Shown: piece by piece, positions 50,697-57,860 of the stretch
How positions within the stretch are numbered: position 1 is the first letter of the stretch
How the letters are laid out: every line of letters starts with the position of its first letter
From: Candidatus Methanoxibalbensis ujae
GTDB lineage: Archaea; Halobacteriota; Syntropharchaeia; Alkanophagales; Methanospirareceae
Direction of reading: 5' to 3'
NCBI GenBank assembly: GCA_026134085.1
Contig: JAOQIN010000007.1
Coordinates: forward strand, 1 to 57,860
DNA: 57,860 nt
Program-made: the position numbers and the translations under genes
The notes under the pieces: generated by a model
What the model saw: the letters and a program-made list of their open reading frames with translations, nothing else
What the model was told of the DNA's origin: nothing
Databases searched by the model: none

Positions 50697-51195
50697 TGTG
50701 ACCTGGTCACCTCACCTTAACACCCTAACATACCATTGGTATGCCAAGGCGGCTTTCAAGCTGCCCAGGAAGGACAGCCCCCGGATACCAGGCATCTCCT
50801 GGTAGCCTCCATCCCCCTCCCTCTCTCTTCAGAAGAGAAGGACATCATCACAGCCCAGCATTTCGTCGTGCTGAGCTGTCTCTGTAAGCTTCCTCTTCTT
50901 AGCCTTCCCCTCAGGCTTCCATCGTCCTCATATGAGGGGACGACAGAGAGGATGCTCATGCTAAAGGTGAGATAATTATATAAAATTATCGGTGAATCGG
51001 TGACTGTTGCAAACTCATTCACCGAATGAGCATACAGTGAGGCTCACGGATTCCCAGTTCCACAGAGCTTACCCTAAGCCTTCCGGGCATCTTCCGGGCA
51101 TAGGCTAAGATGTCGAGGGCTTCGGGTCTGCCCCGGGCAGAGCTTCGGGTCTGCCCCGGGCAGAGCGAGCAAACACACCCCCATCCCCCGCTCTA
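50697..51195 (-). ncRNA. Candidate structured noncoding RNA or leader upstream of the binding-protein gene
   Basis: Many hairpins, a long-range closing helix, and TATA-like boxes near 50975-50985 and 51221-51229. Confidence 0.3.
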
Positions 51196-51261
51196 CATTT
51201 GAAAATGAATCGGCAGCGATAATTTAAAAGTGCCTGTTCGCCCGGAGAGGTTCAAGTATTT

Positions 51262-51549
51262 GTGCGATGCGAGGACGGATGCGGAAGCGTTGAGGATTGG
51301 AGAAGACATATACAAAGAGAGATGAGGCTCGCCCTTGCATTCAAAATAATTCAAGAAATGGACAGGATGTGCGAAAGGAGAGCGGCAAAGACGGGAGAAT
51401 TTCTGGAAAAACTCTCCTTGCTTAAGGATTACACGGAGAGCAATAAGTTCACGAAGCAAGTTGAAGAATTTGCGAGATTCATGAAAGAAGAGCGGTTTGA
51501 ATATCTGGATGAGAAATACAAAATGAGAATGAAAAATGCACAGGATTAA
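51262..51549 (+). CDS. Hypothetical small helical protein
   Basis: Charged, helical-looking ORF; start uncertain. Confidence 0.5.
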   Translation: MRCEDGCGSVEDWRRHIQREMRLALAFKIIQEMDRMCERRAAKTGEFLEKLSLLKDYTESNKFTKQVEEFARFMKEERFEYLDEKYKMRMKNAQD

Positions 51550-51730
51550 TTGATATTTGGATAGTTGAATTTCCTGATGATGGCGAAGTGTTGTGCGTTG
51601 AATTATGCGTTGAATGGATTATGCGTTGAAAGATCAAAAATGAAAAATGAAAAATTAATGAATGAAAAGTGAAAAATAAATTATAATTACACTTATATAA
51701 TAAAACAAAGAAGAAAGTAGAGAAGGCGAG

Positions 51731-52072
51731 ATGCACAGGTGTGTGAGGTGTGGAAAGGAGTTTGAAAATCTTACTGAGGATTTGCTGAGTGGATGTCCAG
51801 AATGTGGTGGCAAGCTTTTCTTATATGTGCGAGACATGGAATCAGCCGTGCTCAGTGGTGCGGAGGTGGCTGAAGATGAAGAACTGGAGGAAGCAGATGA
51901 GGAGAGGATAGAGGGGCTGCGTATTTTGAGCCCGGGCGTATATGAGCTGAATTTGCCATCTTTGCTGCAGCGGAAGGAGATCATACTGAAGCTGAGAAGC
52001 ACATATGCGATTCACCTTCCGTCACTGTTCAGAGATCGCAGTAAGTTCAGAGATCGCAATAAGAAGCGGTGA
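51731..52072 (+). CDS. Zn-ribbon protein (DUF2072 / OapC-ArvC-like)
   Basis: HRCVRCG...LLSGCPECGG..F; GVYELNL..L. Confidence 0.8.
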   Translation: MHRCVRCGKEFENLTEDLLSGCPECGGKLFLYVRDMESAVLSGAEVAEDEELEEADEERIEGLRILSPGVYELNLPSLLQRKEIILKLRSTYAIHLPSLFRDRSKFRDRNKKR

Positions 52073-52074
52073 TA

Positions 52075-52413
52075 TCATGATGCTCTCCTCAGCACTTCAA
52101 CAACAACAAAGCTCTTTGTCTTGCTGAGAGGTCTGCACTCGGCTATCTTGACGACATCCCCTTTCTTTGCTGCGATACACGGCGGATTGTGCGCATGTAT
52201 CTTGGACTTCCGCTTCTCATATCTCATGTATTTGCGTATTTTCTTCAGGTAGTAATGCTCAACGACGACCGTCTTCTGCATCTTATCACTCACAACAACA
52301 CCCTCAAGTATCTGCCCCCTCACAGGTAATTCTCCGTGAAATGGACAGTTTTTATCATCACATACCTCTTTCGGCGGATTGACTTCTATTCCTATATCCC
52401 TTGCTCCTCTCAT
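52075..52413 (-). CDS. rps17: 30S ribosomal protein S17
   Basis: ARDIG...C.D.NCPFHG..RG...[12 protein letters not shown] extends upstream to 52467. Confidence 0.95.
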   Translation of the reverse strand: MRGARDIGIEVNPPKEVCDDKNCPFHGELPVRGQILEGVVVSDKMQKTVVVEHYYLKKIRKYMRYEKRKSKIHAHNPPCIAAKKGDVVKIAECRPLSKTKSFVVVEVLRRAS

Positions 52414-52525
52414 ACTATCGCCCTCTTTCTTAATTATCTCACTCCTCTCACGCTCACTCTCATTCATACATCATCTCTCAATCCTCTTTTCATTATTCTA
52501 TAACCTCTCCATCCTATCATCTCCG

Positions 52526-52846
52526 TCATCTCCGCACTGTCATCTTTCTGGCGATGTTCATAAGTTTTTTCGTGCGATCTTCAGGTCTTGCTACGAGGAT
52601 GTCTCCCCTCACCCGCAGCCTTATGCGCTTTCCACTGCTTTCAAAGCAGAAAACGAACACATTACCCGCTTTAGGAATTTTTTTCGTTCTGCCTTTGCTG
52701 TCTTCAATGAATATCATTTTCATGCTCTCATCAACGACCCTTCCCCGCAATCCTTCCATACTTCTGTTTGTGCTTCTCTCAACAAGGACATCCAGGCCTA
52801 TTATCTCATGCTGCACGAAGTTGGAAGGTGAGATCTCCACCATCAT
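52526..52846 (-). CDS. rnp1: RNase P protein component 1 (Rpp29)
   Basis: HEIIGL...G.VVDES...IPK...RPEDR; conserved operon position. Confidence 0.9.
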   Translation of the reverse strand: MMVEISPSNFVQHEIIGLDVLVERSTNRSMEGLRGRVVDESMKMIFIEDSKGRTKKIPKAGNVFVFCFESSGKRIRLRVRGDILVARPEDRTKKLMNIARKMTVRR

Positions 52847-52927
52847 CCCCTCTGAGCTGCTGATGCGTTGTGTGTCGTGGATCGTGGATCAGATCAATTT
52901 TCATCAATTTTCATCAATTCTGATTCA

Positions 52928-53227
52928 TCAATCTTCTCCTTCCACAGTATATCCCATTTCTCTGAGCACCTTCCGCACAATGTTCTTCTGATTGCCCTGC
53001 AGCTCAATGCGACCTTCTTTCACAGTGCCGCCGCATGCGCACTTGGCCTTAAGCTCCTTTGCAAGCTCTTTCAAGTTTGTGCTGGTGCCGTCAAGACCCT
53101 CAATTATCGTTGTTATCTTACCAAATCTCCTTTTAACTGTTGAGATCCGCACAATTTGCTGCTCCTTCGCAATCTCCTTGCAAATACAGAGATCTTTCGG
53201 AAGACCACACTTATCGCAGATATCCAT
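52928..53227 (-). CDS. sui1: Translation initiation factor aIF1 (SUI1)
   Basis: C..CGLP.DLC.C...CACGGTVK...IELQG. Confidence 0.93.
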   Translation of the reverse strand: MDICDKCGLPKDLCICKEIAKEQQIVRISTVKRRFGKITTIIEGLDGTSTNLKELAKELKAKCACGGTVKEGRIELQGNQKNIVRKVLREMGYTVEGED

Positions 53228-53241
53228 ACCTCCCTTCCCTC

Positions 53242-53454
53242 TTATGTTCCTTCCCTCTCACGCCTCTCATGCATAATCGTCTTTATGCGTGCTATCGTCC
53301 TTCTTATCTCACGAATTCTTCCCGGGTTCTCAGGCGCACCACCTGTTGCAATGATGCCACGCTCCCTTATCAGATCCATCTGCAGCTTCTCAAGCTCCTC
53401 CAACAGCTCCACATCACTCATCTTTCTTATCTCATCTGATTTAAGTATGCCCAT
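53242..53454 (-). CDS. rpl29: 50S ribosomal protein L29
   Basis: [22 protein letters not shown]. Confidence 0.95.
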   Translation of the reverse strand: MGILKSDEIRKMSDVELLEELEKLQMDLIRERGIIATGGAPENPGRIREIRRTIARIKTIMHERREREGT

Positions 53455-53569
53455 CCCTCACATTCACCTTTTCATTTTTTATTTTTATTTTTATTTCTGT
53501 CTCCTGTTTTTCACTTTTTTTCATAACCCAACATGATCGCTGCGATCGCTCCCGTCGCCAGTCATCCGA

Positions 53570-54307
53570 TCATCCAGCCTGTTCCTCTTTTTTGGCTTCC
53601 TCATCAGAAGCCATTTCTTCCGCTCTTTCTTCAGTTTCGCCAGCCTCTGCTGTCTCTTCAGTTTCGCCGGCCTCCTCTCCCTCTTCCCCCTCTTCCACGC
53701 CTTTCTCCTCTTTCAGCATTTTCATAAGCACTGAAATATCGGGAACACTTACATCAGGTCGCACGATGCGGACTTTGACACCTATGACTCCGGCTTTCCT
53801 CAGTGCGATTGCAAAGCCCTCATCAACGATCTCATCAACATACCCGCCGCAGTGTTTTATGTAGCCCTCAACAATCTTTTCAACTCTCGCTCTCGGTCCT
53901 GTGAGTTTTCCGGATATCGTTATCTCGCAGCCGAGTGCGCCAGCATCCATTATTCTGCGGAGCATCAGTCGTCCGACCCTTCTGAAATGCCATCCTCGCT
54001 CTATAAGCTTTGCCAGCTGAGAAGCCATAAGCTGAGCGTTCAACGCCGGCACCTCGACAGGCTGCACATCTATCTGCGGATTATCAAGATCCTTCAGGCT
54101 GCTCAGCTCATCCGTTATCTGGCGTATTCGCTTGCCATCTCTGCCTATGATGAGCCCCGGCCGCTCCACATAGACCGTTATCTGTGTTCCCATGGGCGTC
54201 CTCCTCACATCCATGCCTCCATAGCCCGCTCTGTCCATGACTTTTTTAAAATATTCCTCAAGCCGCACCTTCCTTATGCCTTCATTCACAAAGACGCGCT
54301 CTATCAC
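53570..54307 (-). CDS. rps3: 30S ribosomal protein S3
   Basis: RAGYGG...PGLIIGRDG KH domain; GCEI.ISGKL; acidic tail. Confidence 0.95.
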   Translation of the reverse strand: MIERVFVNEGIRKVRLEEYFKKVMDRAGYGGMDVRRTPMGTQITVYVERPGLIIGRDGKRIRQITDELSSLKDLDNPQIDVQPVEVPALNAQLMASQLAKLIERGWHFRRVGRLMLRRIMDAGALGCEITISGKLTGPRARVEKIVEGYIKHCGGYVDEIVDEGFAIALRKAGVIGVKVRIVRPDVSVPDISVLMKMLKEEKGVEEGEEGEEAGETEETAEAGETEERAEEMASDEEAKKEEQAG

Positions 54308-54457
54308 TTCTCAATGTCCCTCCTTCGTGCAGGCTCATACAGCTCATACATGGAGGATGAATTGGCTGAGGTTATTTAAATCCTCAACTGCCTCGCTTCT
54401 GCAGATGATGTGCGGCAGCTCAGAAGTCCATAGGAGCGGTGAGTGAACGCCGCTTTT

Positions 54458-54955
54458 TCAACCTCCGCTTTCCCGCACTTCTTTCTCCTCCTCAGCTTTC
54501 AAAATGACTTCAACAGTGACTGTCTGTGTGTCAAACGGAGTGGCCCTGCCGAATGCTCTCGGTATGAATCCGCGTATGGTTCTTCCCTTCTTTGTGGCGA
54601 TGTGCCATATTCTCATCTCATCTGCGTCCAGACCTTTGTAAGAGGCGTTTGCCTTCGCATCACGCAGAAGCCTCAGGATTGCTGATGCCGCTTTTACAGG
54701 ATAACGCCCAGCATACCATTTCTCAAGATTCCTGCGATGGGGCACCTTCTTCTTATGTTTTTTGAAGGGCAAAGGAACCTCCTTCGCAATAACTGCCTCC
54801 AGATATCGCTCAGCATCTTCAACACGCATGCCCTTTATCGCTCTGCATATCTCATACGCATGCTTCGGGGATATGTGGAGCTCGTATGCCATAGCCCTTG
54901 CTGTCCTCTCATGTTCATCCTCATCCACTTCCACACTGAACGCTATTCTCCCCAT
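54458..54955 (-). CDS. rpl22: 50S ribosomal protein L22
   Basis: ISPKH..EIC, GRYPVKA and PRAFGRA motifs. Confidence 0.95.
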   Translation of the reverse strand: MGRIAFSVEVDEDEHERTARAMAYELHISPKHAYEICRAIKGMRVEDAERYLEAVIAKEVPLPFKKHKKKVPHRRNLEKWYAGRYPVKAASAILRLLRDAKANASYKGLDADEMRIWHIATKKGRTIRGFIPRAFGRATPFDTQTVTVEVILKAEEEKEVRESGG

Positions 54956-55101
54956 CTTTCACACGCTCATTTTCTGACTCTTTTTTCTGACTTATCCCTC
55001 ATGCACACTTATCCCTCATGCACATCCCATCACTCACGAGCACGGCTCTCACGAACACGGAACCCACTACGATGCATCTAAGCGCTTCAAGGAGCAAGTG
55101 C

Positions 55102-55512
55102 TCACTTGAGCGGCACATATTTTGATGCTCTTGTAGCGCCGACGCCAGCAGCACCGTGAACAACCCTCTTCCTCGTGAGTGCAAACTCTCCGAGATAATG
55201 TCCCATCATCTCCGGCTTTATCTCCACATATTCATATGTCTTTCCGTTGTGAATACCTATTTTCTTGCCCACCATGCTCGGCAGCACGATCATGTCCCTG
55301 AGATGAGTTCTCACCTCATCCCTCCTCCTGAGCTTCTCAAGAAGCTTCTCCTCCTCCTCTCTCAGCCCGCGCTTCAACTTCCGCCTCTGCCTCGCAGGCA
55401 ATAACTCAGCGATCTCCTCAAGCTTCATCTTCTTCAACTTCGCAAGCGTGTAACCACGATAGCAGAATTCAACTTCCTTTTTGAGAGTCGCCTTCTTTTT
55501 TTTCTTGGCCAT
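55102..55512 (-). CDS. rps19: 30S ribosomal protein S19
   Basis: YRG, RTHLRDM and GHYLGEF...GATRAS motifs. Confidence 0.95.
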   Translation of the reverse strand: MAKKKKKATLKKEVEFCYRGYTLAKLKKMKLEEIAELLPARQRRKLKRGLREEEEKLLEKLRRRDEVRTHLRDMIVLPSMVGKKIGIHNGKTYEYVEIKPEMMGHYLGEFALTRKRVVHGAAGVGATRASKYVPLK

Positions 55513-55576
55513 AACCCATCCTCTCCCTCTCATTCAGCTCATTCAGCTCATTCAACTCATTCAACCCATTCAACGC

Positions 55577-56296
55577 TCATTTCCTCTTCCTTCTGCCCGT
55601 CTTACTCGCTGCGATGCTTCCCACCTTTCTGCCAGGAGGCGCTCCTCTGCTGATGGTTTTTGGTCTGCCCACATGCTGATGCGAGCCACCACCAAACGGA
55701 TGATCAACGGGGTTCATCGCCACACCACGCACCCTCGGATATTTTGCCGCTCTCGCCCTCATCCTGTGATATCTCTTGCCAGCCTTCACAAGCGGCTTGT
55801 CCTGTCTTCCGCCACCAGCCACGACGCCTATCGTCGCGAGGCAGTCTGATGATACCCACCTCTCCTTTCCACTCGGGAATGAGAGAAGCGTCATGTCCCC
55901 CTCATGTGCGAGAACCGTGGCATGGTCTCCGCCAGCCCTTGCAACCTTCCCACCATCTCCCGGTCTCAGCTCAACATTGCACACAGGTGTTCCCTCCGGA
56001 ATATAACGAAGAGGCAGCGTGTTCCCCACTTTCAGTTCAGCGGATGCACCGTAGCATATCTCATCACCCTCCGAAATTCCCTCGGGAATTATCACATACT
56101 TCCTCCCGCCATTCCGGCGTATGAGCGCGATAGGCGCACTCCTCGACGGATCATGCACTATCTTCTCAACCACACACGAGATGGTCTCCCCCGATGCAAG
56201 CCTGACATGCTCGAGATTCGCTCTGAACCTGTGCGCCGGTGACCTGTATGTGGGTGTGCCCTTTCCTCTGCGCTGTGCGATTATTCTCTTTCCCAT
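55577..56296 (-). CDS. rpl2: 50S ribosomal protein L2
   Basis: MGKRI..QRRG, HDP.R.AP and RGVAMNPVDHPFGGG motifs. Confidence 0.97.
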   Translation of the reverse strand: MGKRIIAQRRGKGTPTYRSPAHRFRANLEHVRLASGETISCVVEKIVHDPSRSAPIALIRRNGGRKYVIIPEGISEGDEICYGASAELKVGNTLPLRYIPEGTPVCNVELRPGDGGKVARAGGDHATVLAHEGDMTLLSFPSGKERWVSSDCLATIGVVAGGGRQDKPLVKAGKRYHRMRARAAKYPRVRGVAMNPVDHPFGGGSHQHVGRPKTISRGAPPGRKVGSIAASKTGRRKRK

Positions 56297-56320
56297 ATTC
56301 TCTCACTCCATTCTCAGCGC

Positions 56321-56605
56321 TCACATTATACCTAAGGAGGTCGCTATTTCTTTAGCCTTTCCCTCATCCTCAAACTGCACAATCGCTTTCTTCTCTCCTT
56401 TCGCCGTGATCATAGTGTTCACACGCTTCACAGCAGCGTTGAACATACGCTCTATCTCATTCTTTATATCCCTTTTCGTCGCACGCACATCCACGACGAA
56501 CTGCAACTTGTTCTCCTGCTCAATCATCAGCACCGCTTTCTCCGTTGAGACGACATGCTTTATCCACCTGTATCCTCCCTCCTCCGCAGACGCCATATGT
56601 TCCAT
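56321..56605 (-). CDS. rpl23: 50S ribosomal protein L23
   Basis: TEKA...IE.ENKL.F.VD...KKA. Confidence 0.93.
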   Translation of the reverse strand: MEHMASAEEGGYRWIKHVVSTEKAVLMIEQENKLQFVVDVRATKRDIKNEIERMFNAAVKRVNTMITAKGEKKAIVQFEDEGKAKEIATSLGIM

Positions 56606-56781
56606 GTTCACCTCAACAAATTTACAGATTGCTTACATCGTCCTCTTATCGCAAAAGGATTATCGCAGGTGAGGAGAGTGCGACCTCAACGGGCGATGGC
56701 TGACACTCCGTTGATGCATCATTATCTATCTGCGGGATATGTGATGGAATATCATAATCGCCTTATGCACGCAGCCCCTTC

Positions 56782-57441
56782 TCAACTGACGGTGAGTGTT
56801 TCCAGGCTTCTACCAGCAAATATGTAAATCAGTATCACAGACACAAGCGATAATATACAGCCAACCGCCCCGATAAATGGAATCAGTGTCAGAACTATCG
56901 CAACAATATATAAAATGCCTGTCACTTTGAATCCCGATTCCACATTGGGCTCCTCAGCAAGCTTCATCACCATTATTCCGAACAGTATTTCGCCAACCAA
57001 ATACAGGAGGAAGGCGATGCTAATACTATCAAAGAACCCCAGAACAGCACCGACGATCGCTGCTGGATTTTGGGTAAGAGCTGCAGATATAATTTCTTCT
57101 ATAATCAGGAGAACAACAGCCACAATCTGAAATATCATGCCGGTTCTCCCTATTCCAAGTGCGGAGTTATGCCTCTTGAGATGACCAGTGGCGATAAACC
57201 ACATCACATAAGCTGTTATAACTATAGCTATTATAACTGCAACAATAATCAAAATCGCGCCTACAAAGGATATCATAAGCGCTATACTTCCGGGATCCAT
57301 CGGCATCGTCTGACCTCCAGGCATTAGCATTAGAGAAGCAAATACAATCCCCATGCCAGCGAGAAGCACAACGATAGCAACGAGATACAACAACGCGCCC
57401 AGCTTCAGCTTCTTTAAACCTTCCACAAGCTCCTCCGTCAT
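56782..57441 (-). CDS. DUF973-like membrane protein
   Basis: From ATG 57441, MTEELVEGLKKLKLGAL, then multiple TM helices; the upstream extension in the ORF track is spurious. Confidence 0.65.
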   Translation of the reverse strand: MTEELVEGLKKLKLGALLYLVAIVVLLAGMGIVFASLMLMPGGQTMPMDPGSIALMISFVGAILIIVAVIIAIVITAYVMWFIATGHLKRHNSALGIGRTGMIFQIVAVVLLIIEEIISAALTQNPAAIVGAVLGFFDSISIAFLLYLVGEILFGIMVMKLAEEPNVESGFKVTGILYIVAIVLTLIPFIGAVGCILSLVSVILIYIFAGRSLETLTVS

Positions 57442-57527
57442 GAGACGGAGTAGAATCCCCCACCTAAAATATTTTTCGGTCCTATTGCTGAGGTCAGGTA
57501 ATTTATACTTGCTCGTTGTTTCAAGTT

Positions 57528-57595
57528 CATCTAACCACCTCAAGGAGACCTCATCCGAGAGGGAGGAAAAGTATATAAATATATTCTTTCCGAAA
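57528..57595. repeat. Dispersed repeat, copy 2, directly upstream of a tnpB-like start
   Basis: Matches 39251-39326; contains TATA-like TATATAAA. Confidence 0.75.
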
Positions 57596-57603
57596 ATATA
57601 ATT

Positions 57604-57860
57604 ATGGAGGTTGCTAAAAGCATAACGGTGAAGGTTTCCAATAAGATTAATAAGGATAAATTTCTTTCTTTGAGAAATTTCTTCAATACATATCAAAGCA
57701 TAGCAGGATTTTACTACTCTTACATTGAAAATTCTTAAGAGAAACTTTGCTCTGGAGAGATAACTGCTAAGGATTTGAAAAATATTCTGCATAAAAAACT
57801 TTACAGACAAATTAGAGAAACTTTTGATGTTTGTTCTCAAACTGTTCAAGAGATTAGAGA
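57604..57860 (+). pseudogene. N-terminus of a TnpB-like protein with internal TAA (partial, runs off window)
   Basis: MEVAKSITVKV...*...LHKKLYRQIRETFDVCSQTVQEIR resembles the OrfB N-terminal region; stop at 57736. Confidence 0.5.

Noticed and set aside
49201..51164. Short direct repeats as a CRISPR array
   Set aside because: Repeats are directly adjacent with no unique spacers, and there are no cas genes in the window.
50697..51195. SRP RNA or RNase P RNA
   Set aside because: No SRP helix 8 motif and no RNase P P4 consensus at both ends.
57528..57560. GGATGAGGTCTCC as a fluoride riboswitch
   Set aside because: It lacks the full P1 stem and the downstream pseudoknot partner; better explained as leader plus RBS.
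57442..57849. N-terminal 136 aa of the 355-aa ORF
   Set aside because: It is antisense to a tnpB-like fragment and crosses a promoter-like repeat; the real start is likely ATG 57441.

Overview
Chromosomal segment of an anaerobic euryarchaeon. Gene content (F420-dependent Fsr, multiheme cytochromes, PGF-CTERM, split ArcTGT PUA gene) suggests Methanomicrobia/ANME-Syntropharchaeia affinity; this is an inference. The backbone is housekeeping: cimA, aroC, tRNA-Ser(GCT), pyrF/pyrE, secY, queE, dapB, argF, Group II-like fsr, tRNA-Val(GAC), acdAB, sua5, purC, chlID, rlmE, a liv ABC transporter and a partial S10 ribosomal cluster. The most notable signals: (1) a heavily decayed mutS pseudogene at 27.2-29.0 kb that the ORF track does not resolve, together with about 30 short tandem duplications across the window, several inside genes; (2) a signal peptidase I coupled to two paralogous, sequon-rich secreted multiheme cytochromes (6 and 9 CxxCH), a candidate cytochrome nanowire locus; (3) a toxin-antitoxin cluster in which every toxin is broken, with an intact TnpB-only IS200/IS605 element inserted cleanly after TTAC in a vapC gene, so its TAM and guide can be read from the sequence; (4) a degenerate attC-like element in an AT-rich island; (5) a large hairpin-rich noncoding region upstream of the liv binding protein. 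No CRISPR array or rRNA was seen. All calls come from manual motif recognition; no database searches were run.
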